The notes below the pieces were generated by a model. That model ran no database searches. It was given only the letters and a program-made list of their open reading frames with translations, and was not told the DNA's origin. A stretch of DNA of 60,629 nt, from contig JAUNXU010000001.1 of assembly GCA_030539615.1 (NCBI GenBank), positions 1-60,629 of the forward strand, in the 5' to 3' direction. Source of the DNA: Methanobacteriaceae archaeon. GTDB taxonomy: Archaea; Methanobacteriota; Methanobacteria; Methanobacteriales; Methanobacteriaceae. The position numbers were made by a program, and so were the translations under genes. This document shows positions 22,530 through 35,002 of this stretch, in pieces (within the stretch, counting starts at the first letter, position 1; each line of letters begins with the position of its first letter).

Positions 22530-23423
22530 ATGGTAGTAATTGGGGGATCAGCAAGTCAAAAATTAGCAGCTGAAATAGCAACATATTTGGATGATAAATT
22601 AGCTTTAATAGAAACAAAAAAATTTCCTGATGGTGAAAGATATATTAGAATTAATGAAAAAATTAATTCTGATGAACAAGTAATAGTAGTGCAATCTACA
22701 GGATATCCTCAAGATGAAAACATACTAGAATTATTATTTATACTTGATACATTAGAAGATATGAATATAAAAGAAATAATATTAATCTCACCATACTTAG
22801 GTTATAGTCGACAAGAACGCAGATTTAAAGATACTGAATGTATATCCGCAAAAACAATAAGTAAATTAATAGAATCAAGAAATATAAAATCATTAATAAC
22901 AGTAAACTTACATGAAGATAGTATTAGAAACTTCTATGAAAAACCCGTCTATAATTTATCAGCAATGCCTGCAATAGTAAAATATTTAAAAACACATCAA
23001 AGTAACATAATTAAAAATAAACCAGTGATACTTGCACCAGATAAAGGAGCATTAAATTTTGCAAAAGATATAGCAATAGATTTAGATACTGAATATGATT
23101 ATTTAGAAAAAGTAAGATTATCTCCAGAAAAAGTAGAAACTAAAACAAAAAATATTGATGTAACAAATAAAGATGTTATTATAATTGATGATATAATAAG
23201 TACTGGTGGAACAATTGTTAATGCAATAAAAATTCTTCATAAACAAAAAGCTAAAGATATAACAGTGATATGTGTACATCCTGTATTTGTTAATGATGCA
23301 ATTTTAAAAATATATGCTGCAGGAGCAAAAGATATCATTTCAACAAATACATTAAAAAGTGATGTTTCAAGTATAAGTTTAGCAGAATTAATTGCAGAAA
23401 AAATAAAATTAATTATAAATTAA
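22530..23423 (+). CDS. prs: Ribose-phosphate pyrophosphokinase
   Basis: KFPDGE, PYLGYSRQ, APDKGA, DDIISTGGT. Confidence 0.97.
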   Translation: MVVIGGSASQKLAAEIATYLDDKLALIETKKFPDGERYIRINEKINSDEQVIVVQSTGYPQDENILELLFILDTLEDMNIKEIILISPYLGYSRQERRFKDTECISAKTISKLIESRNIKSLITVNLHEDSIRNFYEKPVYNLSAMPAIVKYLKTHQSNIIKNKPVILAPDKGALNFAKDIAIDLDTEYDYLEKVRLSPEKVETKTKNIDVTNKDVIIIDDIISTGGTIVNAIKILHKQKAKDITVICVHPVFVNDAILKIYAAGAKDIISTNTLKSDVSSISLAELIAEKIKLIIN

Positions 23424-23449
23424 AATTTAAAAAAAAAGATAATTAAAAA

Positions 23450-25174
23450 TTATCGGTGAGGATTAAATGATTTACTTTTTCTATCATTTTTTTGTCCTCG
23501 TTTAGGTTTATAATTTTTTCTATCATTATATTTTTTATCATAACCTTTATTATTACCTTTTTTACCTTTTTTACGTGACGAATTAGATGTTTCTTCTCTT
23601 TTTTGACGAGGTCTTGCTGGTTCTACATTTACATGTTTATTATTTATACGGCCACCATTAATGAAATTATAGAAATCAGTAGAACTTTTTTCAGGAACTT
23701 CAATAAATGAAAAGTTTTCAAGAATATCGATACGGCCAATATTAGAACTGGATAATCCAGTTTTTTCTGATACTGCTCCAATAATATCTTTGGCTTTAAT
23801 TCCTTGTTTTCTTCCAACATTTATGAAAAATCTTACATATCCTTCTTTTGCACCAGTTTCTCCAAATTCTTCTCTAGCTTCTTTTCCTTCATCCATTACA
23901 TCATTTAATAAAGCTGCAGCAACATCAATTGAACCATAATCTTCTTTAACTAATTTTTCAATGATTTTTATTTCTTTAGTTAGATCTTTATTATCAACTA
24001 TTGTTTTGATTTTTTCGATATAATTTTCTTCTTTGATTTTTTTAACATCAGTTACTGATGGTATAGGCATTTGTTCAATTTTTGTTTTTGCATAACGTTG
24101 TATATCTCTTAATTGGTATATTTCTCGTCCAGCTACAAATGTATATGATTTTCCTGTTTTTCCAGCTCTTCCTGTACGTCCTATACGGTGTACATAATAT
24201 TCGTTATCATTTGGCACGTCGTAGTTGAATACTGCTTCTACTCCTCCAACATCTATTCCTCTAGCCGCTACATCAGTTGCTACTAATATATCAATATTTC
24301 CATCCCTGAATTTTTTCATTACTCGATCTCTTTGTTTTTGTGTTAGATCTCCATGTAATCCATCAGCTAAATATCCTCTTACTTGTAAGTGACTTACTAA
24401 TTTGTCTACTCTACGTTTTGTGTTACAAAATACTAATGATAAATTGAAGTGGTGAATATCAAGTAAACGAGATAATAATTCTATTTTCATTTTTTCTTTT
24501 ACTTCAAAATATTTTTGATCTATTTCAGGTGTTGTTAATTCTTGGTGGGTTACTTTAACAACTTCTGGATTGTTTTGGTATTTTTTTGTTAATTCTAATA
24601 TTTCTTTAGGTAATGTAGCACTGAATAATAAGAATTGTCTTTCTTCAGGAACATCATTAATTACATATTCAATATCTTCTCTGAATCCCATATCTAACAT
24701 TTCATCTGCTTCATCTAATACCATTATTTTTACAGTACTCATATCGAGAGTACCTCTATCAATATGGTCCATTACTCTTCCAGGTGTACCTATTATTACA
24801 TGAACTCCTTTTTTAAGTGCTTTTAATTGTCTTTCAATAGGTTGACCACCATATACTGGTAATATATTTACTTTTGGGAGATATTTTGATAATGTTTTTA
24901 ATTCTTCTGCTACTTGTATTGCTAATTCACGGGTAGGACATAGTATTAAGCTTTGTAAATTTTTATCATTTGGATCAACAGTTTCTAATATTGGTATACC
25001 AAATGCTGCAGTTTTTCCAGTTCCAGTTTGTGCTTGTCCTGTTATGTCTTTATGTTCTAATATTTTTGGAATTGCTAATGTTTGTATGGGTGTTGCTTCT
25101 TCGAATCCCATATCTTTTATTCCTCTGATCATTTCTGGTGATAAATCCATTTCTTTAAATTCGATTCTATTCAT
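23450..25174 (-). CDS. DEAD-box RNA helicase with DbpA-type C-terminal RNA-binding domain (DeaD/CshA-like)
   Basis: Q motif, AQTGTGKT, DEAD, SAT, HRIGRTGR; basic tail. Confidence 0.95.
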   Translation of the reverse strand: MNRIEFKEMDLSPEMIRGIKDMGFEEATPIQTLAIPKILEHKDITGQAQTGTGKTAAFGIPILETVDPNDKNLQSLILCPTRELAIQVAEELKTLSKYLPKVNILPVYGGQPIERQLKALKKGVHVIIGTPGRVMDHIDRGTLDMSTVKIMVLDEADEMLDMGFREDIEYVINDVPEERQFLLFSATLPKEILELTKKYQNNPEVVKVTHQELTTPEIDQKYFEVKEKMKIELLSRLLDIHHFNLSLVFCNTKRRVDKLVSHLQVRGYLADGLHGDLTQKQRDRVMKKFRDGNIDILVATDVAARGIDVGGVEAVFNYDVPNDNEYYVHRIGRTGRAGKTGKSYTFVAGREIYQLRDIQRYAKTKIEQMPIPSVTDVKKIKEENYIEKIKTIVDNKDLTKEIKIIEKLVKEDYGSIDVAAALLNDVMDEGKEAREEFGETGAKEGYVRFFINVGRKQGIKAKDIIGAVSEKTGLSSSNIGRIDILENFSFIEVPEKSSTDFYNFINGGRINNKHVNVEPARPRQKREETSNSSRKKGKKGNNKGYDKKYNDRKNYKPKRGQKNDRKSKSFNPHR

Positions 25175-25307
25175 TAATTCCTCTCCTTATTTAATTTTCT
25201 TTCTTTTTTTTTTAAAAAATGTATTGATTTTGTTTTAAGTAGTGTATTGCAATTTAATTTATATTTTATGATTATTTTTTAATCTTGAATAAATTAATTG
25301 TATCTTT

Positions 25308-25419
25308 GAGTGTCCGATAAAAGTCATTTTTTTTTTTAGAAAATTTTATTTTTCAATTGTTAACTAAAGACTTTTTTTTAGTCTTTTCATTTAACATTTT
25401 TGGATTTTGTCGCACCCTC
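25308..25419 (+). mobile_element. MITE-like dispersed repeat, copy 2 (best preserved)
   Basis: Ends GAGTGTCCGATAAAAGTC ... GGATTTTGTCGCACCCTC form an imperfect terminal inverted repeat. Confidence 0.75.
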
Positions 25420-25732
25420 ATTATTATTGAAAAAATAGTTTGAATTTTATTAATATACTTCTTTATTTTATTTTTAGAATTTTGTTAATAATAATTCTCT
25501 TTTTTATAATATAAATTGATTTATAGAAAATAGAAAATAAGTTTTATTTAGTATTTTTTATTTTTTTTGGTATTTTAATAAAATAGTTTAATAAAGATAT
25601 TTTTTTTAGTATTGTCTTTTTAATCATTTTTTATTTTTTTTTTCAATTGTTTATAATAATACTATTTTTACTCTTTCTTATCTTTTATACTTTGCGGTTT
25701 TTAAAAAATAAATAGGGGGTATAATAGAATAT

Positions 25733-27712
25733 TTATTCTATTGAATGAGTTACTGTTTTGGTGGGTATGATGTCTTTAGGATTTGGTACAACATCTCTAA
25801 TTTTTTGTATTTTATTAGATGACATTTTCTTTAATAATTCTTCTTTTTTAGGACCTGTTAATGCATGTTCTAATACTTCATTTAATGTTTTTACAGGGAT
25901 GATTTTTATTTTATCTTTATATTTTGCATCTATTAATACATCATCCATATTTGATGCTGGTATTAAAACAGTTTTCATACCTGATTCTGCAGCTGCTTCT
26001 ATTTTTCCAGTTACTCCTCCTACAGGTAATACTGTTCCACGAACACTTAATGATCCTGTTAAAGCTAATGTTTGATCTATAGGAATATTTTCAATTGCAG
26101 ATATTACTGCTGTGGCCATGGATACACTTGCACTGTCTCCTTCTACTCCATCATATGATTGTACAAATTGGATATGTATATCATAGTTAGATATATTTGT
26201 CCCTATATTCTTTTTGATAATAGCACTTACATTTTGCACAGCTTCTTTTGCAATATCACCTAATTTTCCAGCAGCTATTATTTTTCCTTCTTCTTTACTT
26301 TGTGATGGTGCAGCTTCTGCAGCTATTGGGAGGACAATTCCACTTCTATCTCCAATTATTGCTAATCCATTTACACAACCAATAACATCTCCTTGATTGC
26401 TAAATACACTGTAATCTTTTCTTTGTGTTATATATCTATCTGCTATTTGTTGTTCTAAAGTTCTTGCTTGTTTTCTAGCATTTATTACATGTTCAGCTGT
26501 AACTACAGAGTCATTTGTTTCTACTGCTAGATCTCCAGCAGCTCGTATTAATCCTCCAAGATCTCTTAATTTTAGTGTAAGTGTATCTTTTTTACCTGCT
26601 CTTCTTTGTGCTTCTTTTACTATTTCTTGTACTGCTTCATTTGTAAAATGTGGTATTCTTCCATCATTGTTTACTTCTTGTGCTACAAATTGGATGAGTT
26701 TTTCTCTGTTTTCAGGTGTATCTTTCATGGAGTCTTTCATGAATACTTCATATCCATATCCTCTGATTCTTGATCTTAATGCAATGTGCATGTCTTCTAA
26801 AACTTCTAAGTTTCCTGATGCTACTAGTACAAAATCACATGGTACTGGGTTTGTTCTAACCATTGCTCCACTACTTGTTTCACTTTGTCCGGTTATTTGG
26901 TATTCGTGTTCTTGCATTGCTGTTAATAATTCTTGTTGTGTTCTCATAGTCATAGTTCCAATTTCATCTATGTAAAGAACTCCTTTATTTGCTCTGTGAA
27001 TCATTCCACTTTCGACACGTTCATGTGCTGGTGTTCCAAGACCTCCTGATTGGTATGGGTCATGTCTAACATCACCTAATAATGCTCCTGCATGAGCTCC
27101 TGTTGCATCTACAAAAGCTGCTGTTTTTTTATTTTCATTATTTACTAATAATTTAGGCATGTTTTGTTGACCTTTTGATCTAAATTGGTATAATCCGAAG
27201 AATACTATTCCTACAGCTATTATTGCTGTTAATAATTGGTTTGTCATAAATCCTATTGCCATAATCAAAGCAATTATGGCTATCATTATTAGGTTTTTTC
27301 TTTCTTCTTGGGCTTTAGCCTTTTGTTTTGAATGGTTTAGTATTTTAATACCTTCTCCAGCAGGCATTGTTCCAATTAATGGGACATTACTATCTTCTAT
27401 ATTCTGGTATACAAGTACATCTTGTAAATCTTCTGGAGGTAATAATTCTGCCATTGCTTTAGCAAGCATTGATTTTCCTATTCCAGGTTCTCCTATTAAA
27501 AGAACATTTCTTCTTTGTTTTGCTGCTTTTTTTATTGTTTCTACTGCTTCTTCTTGACCTATTATTTGATCTATTAATAATTTGGGTATATCTACTTCAT
27601 TTGTGTTTTCATATTTATTGGTGAGGGTGGGTTTTTCTTCTTGATTTTCTGTTGTTTGGTTTTTAATGTTGTTTGAATTTTGATTTGGATCTATTTCGTC
27701 AGTGTTCATCAT
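25733..27712 (-). CDS. lonB: Membrane-anchored Lon protease LonB
   Basis: GEPGIGKS, two TM helices, YIDEI, EGDSAS catalytic Ser, VGGVTGK. Confidence 0.97.
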   Translation of the reverse strand: MMNTDEIDPNQNSNNIKNQTTENQEEKPTLTNKYENTNEVDIPKLLIDQIIGQEEAVETIKKAAKQRRNVLLIGEPGIGKSMLAKAMAELLPPEDLQDVLVYQNIEDSNVPLIGTMPAGEGIKILNHSKQKAKAQEERKNLIMIAIIALIMAIGFMTNQLLTAIIAVGIVFFGLYQFRSKGQQNMPKLLVNNENKKTAAFVDATGAHAGALLGDVRHDPYQSGGLGTPAHERVESGMIHRANKGVLYIDEIGTMTMRTQQELLTAMQEHEYQITGQSETSSGAMVRTNPVPCDFVLVASGNLEVLEDMHIALRSRIRGYGYEVFMKDSMKDTPENREKLIQFVAQEVNNDGRIPHFTNEAVQEIVKEAQRRAGKKDTLTLKLRDLGGLIRAAGDLAVETNDSVVTAEHVINARKQARTLEQQIADRYITQRKDYSVFSNQGDVIGCVNGLAIIGDRSGIVLPIAAEAAPSQSKEEGKIIAAGKLGDIAKEAVQNVSAIIKKNIGTNISNYDIHIQFVQSYDGVEGDSASVSMATAVISAIENIPIDQTLALTGSLSVRGTVLPVGGVTGKIEAAAESGMKTVLIPASNMDDVLIDAKYKDKIKIIPVKTLNEVLEHALTGPKKEELLKKMSSNKIQKIRDVVPNPKDIIPTKTVTHSIE

Positions 27713-28027
27713 TGTTATTTTTCTCCTGTTTTTATTTTTTTAGATTATTTTTTTATAATTAGTGTTATATTCTATTTTTTATTTATTATATTTTTATTAA
27801 TATATAATATTATAGTAACCTCTAGTATTTAAAATATTATTTTCAATTTTAAATTAAATATATTTGAAATTTAGTTTTAAAAAAAGCTTAACAAAACAAA
27901 TTAATTTAAAATTCATTATAATAATATTAATTAAATAGTAAGGACATATTAAGAAATATAGATCAATTCAAGTTTAGATGAAAAAAAATTTAATAATTTT
28001 TTATTATTGAAAAAGGAAGAAAAAAAT

Positions 28028-29533
28028 ATGAAATATATAATGTTTCTAGGAACATCATCAAATGCTGGAAAAACATTAACGGTAGCAGCATTATGTAATA
28101 TACTATCTAAAAGAGGATATAGAGTAACACCATTTAAATCACAGAACATGTCATTAAATTCATATACAACAAAAAATAATGAAGAAATGTCTATAGCTCA
28201 ATTTATGCAAGCTGAAGCAGCAGGAATAGAACCAAGTTGTCATATGAATCCTATATTATTAAAACCAAAAGGTGAATTTACGTCACAAGTAATAATGCAC
28301 GGAAAACCTGCAGGTGATATGGAATTTGATGTGTATCAAGATAAATTTAGGGATACAGCTATAAAAGCAATAGATGAATCATTAGAAATACTTAAAAAAG
28401 ATTATGATATTGCAGTAATGGAAGGTGCTGGATCACCAGCAGAAATAAATATGTATGATAAAGACATAGCAAATATGTATATGGCTAGAATAACTGATGC
28501 TGATGTAATATTGGTAGCTGATATAGATCAAGGTGGTGTATTTGCATCTATTGTTGGAACATATGTATTATTACCTGAAGAAGATCAAAAAAGAATTAAA
28601 GGAATAATAATAAATAAATTTAGGGGAAATGCAGACGTACTTGAATCTGGTATAAAAAAAGTAGAAGAAATTACAAAAATACCAATAATTGGAATCATAC
28701 CATTTGATGAAAAATTAAATTTACCTGAAGAAGATTCAGCATCATTAACAGAACATCAATTTTCAAAAAATGAAAAAATAAATATAGGAACTTTACGATT
28801 ACCTAAAATTTCAAATTTTACAGATATTGATCCTTTGGATTTTGAACCAGATGTTGGAATAAAAATGATGGATATATGGGATACTTCAACAGATATTGAT
28901 GCTTTAGTAATACCTGGAACTAGAAATACAATCGAAGATTTAATTGAATTAGAAAAGATAGGTGCATTTGAATACATAAAAGAGATGTCAAAAGAAGTTC
29001 CAATAGTAGGAATATGTGGTGGATATCAAATGTTAACAAATAAACTATTTGATAAAAAACATAAAGAATCTGATAAATCAGTTACAGAAGGTATAGGATT
29101 AATTGATGCAAAAACAGAATTTGGTCTTGTTGATAAAGTAATAACACAAAGTTATGGGACAGTATGTTCAGAAAATAGTATGGGTGTTAATCAAGGTATA
29201 AAAGTCACAGGTTATGAATTACATGAAGGAATTACTGAATTAAAAACAGCAAAACCATTAATAAAAATAGCATCAGGTTATGGAAATAATCCTAATAAAG
29301 ACTATGATGGTGCAATACAAGGTAATGTGTGTGGAACATATTTTCATGGAATTTTCCATAATTTTGAATTTAGAAGAAGTTTTACGGATATGTTAAGACA
29401 AAAAAAGGGATTAGAACCATTAGGATTTGAATTTGATGGATTTGATGATAATAAACGAGTAAATTATGATCGATTAGGGCAATTATTCTCAAATAATGTG
29501 GATATGACTTTCTTTGATAATTTATTAAAATAA
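28028..29533 (+). CDS. cobQ: Cobyric acid synthase
   Basis: GTSSNAGKT, PFKSQNMS, EGAGSPAEIN, GICGGYQM, GTYFHG; ATG 28028 preferred. Confidence 0.96.
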   Translation: MKYIMFLGTSSNAGKTLTVAALCNILSKRGYRVTPFKSQNMSLNSYTTKNNEEMSIAQFMQAEAAGIEPSCHMNPILLKPKGEFTSQVIMHGKPAGDMEFDVYQDKFRDTAIKAIDESLEILKKDYDIAVMEGAGSPAEINMYDKDIANMYMARITDADVILVADIDQGGVFASIVGTYVLLPEEDQKRIKGIIINKFRGNADVLESGIKKVEEITKIPIIGIIPFDEKLNLPEEDSASLTEHQFSKNEKINIGTLRLPKISNFTDIDPLDFEPDVGIKMMDIWDTSTDIDALVIPGTRNTIEDLIELEKIGAFEYIKEMSKEVPIVGICGGYQMLTNKLFDKKHKESDKSVTEGIGLIDAKTEFGLVDKVITQSYGTVCSENSMGVNQGIKVTGYELHEGITELKTAKPLIKIASGYGNNPNKDYDGAIQGNVCGTYFHGIFHNFEFRRSFTDMLRQKKGLEPLGFEFDGFDDNKRVNYDRLGQLFSNNVDMTFFDNLLK

Positions 29534-29545
29534 TTTCTTTTTTTT

Positions 29546-30193
29546 TTATTTTCTAAATAAATTTTTAACTTTTTCCATTGCATTAGTTTTAACAAGAACT
29601 GCTATTTTACTTTTATATTTTAATATATCTTCATCATTAGGTATTTTAACAACATCTTCTGATTCATATATGGCAATAATAATATATTCAGGATCTGGAT
29701 TAAAATTTGATATTGGAATATCTATTAATTTTTTATTTGTTACTGTTAATTCAATAATTTCACCTGTTCCTTTTCCAAAATTGGCAAGAATTCCTACTTG
29801 GGGTCTTCTTATTTCACGTTCAAGAAATGCTACAGCAGTTAGTTCTGGATTAATAGTATTAATTTCTAATTTTTTAAATAATTGTTCATGTTCAGTTGTA
29901 CTTATACGGGCAACAGTTTTTTTAACTCCATGATCTTTTGCTAATATGCAACTAAATAAATTTACAGCATCATCACCACTAACAGCTATGAAAAAATCAG
30001 CTTTATCAATATTAGCTTCCTGTAATAGTTGTTCATGTGTTCCATTACCTTTTAAAATCATACAATCTAATTCTTCTCTAAGATTAATACAAGTATTTTC
30101 ATTTTTTTCAATTAGAGTAAGATCAACTTTATTATCAAGTAATGATGCTAATTTATAGCCTACTCTACCAACACCTAAAATTATACCATACAT
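29546..30193 (-). CDS. trkA: TrkA-family potassium uptake regulatory protein
   Basis: GVGRVG Rossmann motif, TrkA-N and TrkA-C domains. Confidence 0.88.
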   Translation of the reverse strand: MYGIILGVGRVGYKLASLLDNKVDLTLIEKNENTCINLREELDCMILKGNGTHEQLLQEANIDKADFFIAVSGDDAVNLFSCILAKDHGVKKTVARISTTEHEQLFKKLEINTINPELTAVAFLEREIRRPQVGILANFGKGTGEIIELTVTNKKLIDIPISNFNPDPEYIIIAIYESEDVVKIPNDEDILKYKSKIAVLVKTNAMEKVKNLFRK

Positions 30194-30456
30194 ACTTTTT
30201 TTGTTCCTTTAATTATATACTTAAGAAATTTTATATCATATTTATTTTTTAATTAATTATCTTTTAAAATTAATAAAATACACGAAGCTTTGACATAAAT
30301 AATATTTCTAATATCATATATAATATTTTTCCTATTTTTTTCAATGAAAATATTTTTTTTTTAGAATAAACTTTTAAATAAATAGTTGTAAATCAAAAAA
30401 AGAATAAATTGGAATGAAATATAACTAACAAAAATATTAGTTATATTCATTATTAT

Positions 30457-31866
30457 TTATAATCCTGTTAAAGGTTTAGCTAATGTAAGCATGACAATAA
30501 TTGTCAATATAATTCCAACTATAATAATTGGAACTCCACCTTTAAGGATTTCTTTAACTTTAACATAATTTGTACCATAAGCCATTGCAACTGTTGGGTC
30601 TGCCATAGGCATAGTAAATGATAATGAACAAGCTATAGCTATAGGAATAGCATAAGTAGCTGGTAATAAATTAGTACTTTCAGCTAAAGTAACAGATAAT
30701 GGGATTAATACTGCTGCTAATGCAATATTACTCATTAATTGTGTTAAAATAACACCTACAATCATGAATATGATCATAATAATTATTGGTGAAGTACCTG
30801 CTCCTAAAAAACTAATTAAATTATCAATTAACCATGTTGCAGCTCCACTATTTAATAATACTGAACCAAGAGATAATGCTCCTCCAAAGAAAATTATAAG
30901 TCCCCAATCAAGTTCAGATTGAACATCTTCCCACTTAATAATTCCAAATATGAAATATAAGGAAGCACCAATTAAAGCAACAGAATATGTATCAACACCA
31001 GTGTAATTAGAAGTTAACCATAAAATTATAGTAAATATTAATATTACAGCAGTAACTTTTTCAGTTTTAGTAACTTTTCCAAATGAATCTAATTTTTCTT
31101 GAAGAGTATTTTTACCTCCAACAATTCCTTCAACTTCAAATGGGAATACGATTGGTAAAAATTTCCAAATAACTAATAATAAAACAATAGCTAATGGAAA
31201 TGCAAATATCATCCAAGAAAGGAAAGATATGTTAGTATAAGCTGCAGCCATAAGGTTTGGTGCAGTCCCAATTTGGGTACCAAGACCACCAGCAAGAGAA
31301 GCAAAACAAGCTCCTAAAATCATAGTTTTAGCAAAATTACTATTACCCTCTTCTGGATTTTTAACTCCCATTAATTCAACAATTTCTTTAATAATAGGCA
31401 TTAACATTGCAAATGCAACAATGTTTTCTATCCATGCAGAAAGAAGTCCTGTTGCAAAAACAGCAGTAAATAATGATCTATTTGGTGTAATACCTATTTT
31501 GTTAAGTAAAATATATGTTAATCGTCTAGCAAGTCCACTTTTTTGTATAGCTAATGCTAATACAAATCCACCAATCATTAAAAAAATAATTGGATTTGCA
31601 AAACCTATAGCAGCATCTTCAAATGAACAAACACCTGTTAATGGTTGTAAAAACATTAATATTAATGATGTTACAGCTAATGGAACTGGTTCAAAAGCCC
31701 ACATAAATACTGCAAATACAAATAGACTTAAAGCTGCGTGACCTGCGGGATTCAAACCTTCTAATGGAATTAACATAACAATTACATAAGCAATAATACT
31801 TATTAATAAGAATTTTATTTCTCTTTTTGTTATTTCGATAATATTGACTCCTATACTTTTATTCAA
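30457..31866 (-). CDS. DASS/SLC13 family sodium-coupled anion symporter
   Basis: [19 protein letters not shown] hairpins; start codon uncertain. Confidence 0.88.
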   Translation of the reverse strand: MNKSIGVNIIEITKREIKFLLISIIAYVIVMLIPLEGLNPAGHAALSLFVFAVFMWAFEPVPLAVTSLILMFLQPLTGVCSFEDAAIGFANPIIFLMIGGFVLALAIQKSGLARRLTYILLNKIGITPNRSLFTAVFATGLLSAWIENIVAFAMLMPIIKEIVELMGVKNPEEGNSNFAKTMILGACFASLAGGLGTQIGTAPNLMAAAYTNISFLSWMIFAFPLAIVLLLVIWKFLPIVFPFEVEGIVGGKNTLQEKLDSFGKVTKTEKVTAVILIFTIILWLTSNYTGVDTYSVALIGASLYFIFGIIKWEDVQSELDWGLIIFFGGALSLGSVLLNSGAATWLIDNLISFLGAGTSPIIIMIIFMIVGVILTQLMSNIALAAVLIPLSVTLAESTNLLPATYAIPIAIACSLSFTMPMADPTVAMAYGTNYVKVKEILKGGVPIIIVGIILTIIVMLTLAKPLTGL

Positions 31867-32357
31867 TATTAAAATTAAAAAAATTTAAGTAAATTATTAA
31901 GTCTATATAAATTTATATATTTATTTACTAATTATTAATTCTTTTGAATTGATTGAATATTTATTCAAAATAGATGGTAAGCTTAAACTATGATTGGATA
32001 AAGAGTTTTGATACTAAAACTTCTAAATAATCTTTTTTTTAATCTAAAATTCTATTTAATTAATAAAAAATAATAATAAATGTATATTATCTTGAAAATA
32101 TATAAAAGATAGGATATAATTTATAATTAGAATTTTTTAGAAAATATAAAAAGTTGTCTTTTGATTCAATTATGATTAGATATTTTAGTATTTAATTTTT
32201 AATTTATTATCTTTCAAAATTTGGTATTTGTGTTATGTTAAAAAAATTTCTAAAAATTTTTTGTATATCTAAAAATAGTTACATTTAAATACTATGATCA
32301 ACAAACCTTTTGAATAGTTACTAATACTTATTTAGTATTAAAGTTTAAATTATTTGT

Positions 32358-32431
32358 GCAGCGTTAGTCCAGCCTGGCTAAGACTCTGCCCTGCCACGGC
32401 AGTGACTCGGGTTCAAATCCCGAACGTTGCA
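32358..32431 (+). tRNA. tRNA-Gly(GCC)
   Basis: GCAGCGT/ACGTTGC acceptor stem; CTGCC-CTGCCAC-GGCAG anticodon arm. Confidence 0.96.
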
Positions 32432-32451
32432 TTATTATAGTTATTTTAGAA

Positions 32452-32525
<74 letters not shown>

Positions 32526-32723
32526 TTTACCAATTTAATTAATTGTTTTTTTTACTAATTTTATTATGGATTACTTTTAGTACATTGCTTATTTTTTGAA
32601 AATAGTTTTTTTTTTAGTTTAATTTCTGTAAATAGATTATTGTTTATTATTTATTAATTGAGAATATTTCTTTAGAAAATTAATTTTTTTTAATGAATAA
32701 AAAAAATAGTTTTTAGGAGATTA

Positions 32724-33125
32724 TTATAATGGGGTTATATTTGAGATACTTATTAATCTACAAAGATCTGTTTTTGTTATTACTCCAACAGCAACATTAT
32801 TGTCATTTATAACTAATAATCCTGATATATCGGCTCTTAACATTAAGTTAGCAGCAGATTGTATATCTTCATTTTGATTAATAGTGTTTATTTCTTCAGT
32901 CATTATTTCTTTTATTGTGGTTTTATCTGTTTCTTCTTTAGATTCTAATGTTGCAAGTAGTGTCATTATATCATAGTAAGAAAGTATTCCTATTGGTTTT
33001 TCATCTTTATTGAATATGAATAGTCTACGAATTCCAAGTTCGTACATTTTTTTAAATGCTGTTGTTGGTGTTTCATCTATTTCTATTGTGTATATATTGG
33101 GATTCATTACTTCTTTGACTTTCAT
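32724..33125 (-). CDS. CBS domain pair protein
   Basis: MKVKEVM, IKEIM, VGVITKTDL. Confidence 0.9.
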   Translation of the reverse strand: MKVKEVMNPNIYTIEIDETPTTAFKKMYELGIRRLFIFNKDEKPIGILSYYDIMTLLATLESKEETDKTTIKEIMTEEINTINQNEDIQSAANLMLRADISGLLVINDNNVAVGVITKTDLCRLISISNITPL

Positions 33126-33500
33126 TTTTTATTCTCCTTTTTTTAGTTATTATTATATTTTCTTTATTTAAATATATTTTATTCTTTATTTATAAATAAA
33201 TTTTAACTTAAATAAAATAAACTTTTTTTTATATTTTCATCGGTTTTTTATAAAAAACTATAAAAGTAATACAATAATAACTATTCTTATACCACTATTA
33301 TATTTTATTATATGTTTATTGGTCTTAATTATTATTTAATATGATTTATTTTAAAAGTTTCTAATATGATTTTACATTAAATATAATATGATTAATAGTT
33401 AAATGGTATGTAGTTAGTAATTTAGTTAAATAAATTATTGTATGTTGTTTATTTGATTAAAATTATATTTATTAGTTTATTGGGAGAAAAAGGTGTTGTT

Positions 33501-33926
33501 ATGAGAATAAGTATGTCACTGCCGAATAATTTATTGGCAGAATTTGATGACGTATTAAAAGAAAGAGGTTATCAATCTAGATCAAAAGGGATTAGAGATG
33601 CACTCAAAGATTATATTCTCCGTTATCAATGGATGAATCAAATGGAAGGTGAAAGAGTAGGAGTAGTAGCCGTAATATATGATCACCATTATGCAGGAGT
33701 AATGGAAGCATTTACAGATATCCAACATGATTATAGGGATTATATTAGTGCATCTATGCATATACATATGAATGATGCATATTGTCTTGAAATAATTGTA
33801 GTTAAAGGAGATATAGTATATATACGAGAATTAACTGAAAAAATAATGAGTCTTAAAGGTGTAGAACATGTTAAATTAACAAGTGCTGGCACTAATGAAT
33901 TAGATGCAGTAAACTCGGAATTTTAA
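33501..33926 (+). CDS. nikR: Nickel-responsive regulator NikR
   Basis: MRISMSLP ribbon-helix-helix, YDHH, QH, HIHM...CLE; ATG 33501 after AGGTG. Confidence 0.95.
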   Translation: MRISMSLPNNLLAEFDDVLKERGYQSRSKGIRDALKDYILRYQWMNQMEGERVGVVAVIYDHHYAGVMEAFTDIQHDYRDYISASMHIHMNDAYCLEIIVVKGDIVYIRELTEKIMSLKGVEHVKLTSAGTNELDAVNSEF

Positions 33927-34000
33927 TTATAATCTGGAAGATTCAATAGAAGAAAATTAATATACATATAATATTCTATAATTATCTTTTTTTAGAAAAA

Positions 34001-34107
34001 AATATATGATCAAAGTCTAAAATGTCAAATGAAACGATTAGAAAAAACTTTTATTTTGCAATGAAATAATATTTTTTTTTCTAAAAAATGACTTTTGATA
34101 GACACTC
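34001..34107 (-). mobile_element. MITE-like dispersed repeat, copy 3
   Basis: ...AAATGACTTTTGATAGACACTC is the reverse complement of the copy 1/2 left end; AAATGTCAAATGAAA matches the internal block. Confidence 0.65.
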
Positions 34108-34246
34108 AAAAAAAATATATTCTAATTTTTAAATCATATTTTATAGTAAATACATTAAAATTATATAATTATTTTTTGAAATTTTATCTTAAACTTATTT
34201 TTAATATTGAAAAATTAATTAAAGAAAAATAAAAATAATAAATAAT

Positions 34247-35002
34247 ATGGCATATCATGATAATTTAATAAAAGATAAAAAAAGAGTTGAAGCATTTTAT
34301 AAAGCAATATCTGAAAAATCACATGGAATAACTTATGATTTAGGAACTGGTAGTGGAATACTTGCAAAACAAGCAATTAAAACATCAAATAAAGTATATG
34401 CTATAGAAATTAGTCCTAAAACCATTCAAAAAGCAAAGGAAACATTAAAAAATATATCAAATGTCATAATAGAAAAACAAGATGCTAAAACATATAACTT
34501 TCCTGAAGCACCAGATACTATCATTTGTGAAATGTTAGATACTGCATTAATAGATGAAGAACAAGTACCTGTAATAAATAATACTCATAAATATAAAAAA
34601 GAAACAACAATTTACATACCTGAAGAAACAATAACAATTATTCAACTAATAAAAACTAATATTGTAGATATAACTTATTTTGAAGATAATAAACCTGAAT
34701 ATATTCCATTATCTAAAGAAAAAATATTAGATGTGACAGTTTTTAAAGAACACATAAATCCAAAAATAAATAAAGTAATAAAATTAACAACAGATGAAGA
34801 TAACATTGTTAATGCAATAAAATTAACAACATACACTAAATTAACAAAAGAAATAATATTAAAACCAACACCAATGTTAAATCCACCATTATTTATACCA
34901 TTAAATAAAAAAATAAGAACAACAAAAGGAAAAGAAATATTAATAAATATATCATATTCAATGGGGGGTGGATTAAATACTATCCAAACAGACATCAAAT
35001 AA
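34247..35002 (+). CDS. Class I SAM-dependent methyltransferase (PRMT-like)
   Basis: DLGTGSG, ICEMLDTALIDEEQVP. Confidence 0.85.
   Translation: MAYHDNLIKDKKRVEAFYKAISEKSHGITYDLGTGSGILAKQAIKTSNKVYAIEISPKTIQKAKETLKNISNVIIEKQDAKTYNFPEAPDTIICEMLDTALIDEEQVPVINNTHKYKKETTIYIPEETITIIQLIKTNIVDITYFEDNKPEYIPLSKEKILDVTVFKEHINPKINKVIKLTTDEDNIVNAIKLTTYTKLTKEIILKPTPMLNPPLFIPLNKKIRTTKGKEILINISYSMGGGLNTIQTDIK

Noticed and set aside
30285-30400. GCTTTGACATAAAT resembling an IS end
   Set aside because: No matching inverted partner or second copy found
33266-33292. GTAATAC-N13-CTTATAC as a NikR operator upstream of nikR
   Set aside because: Imperfect dyad in very AT-rich DNA; cannot be told apart from chance by eye
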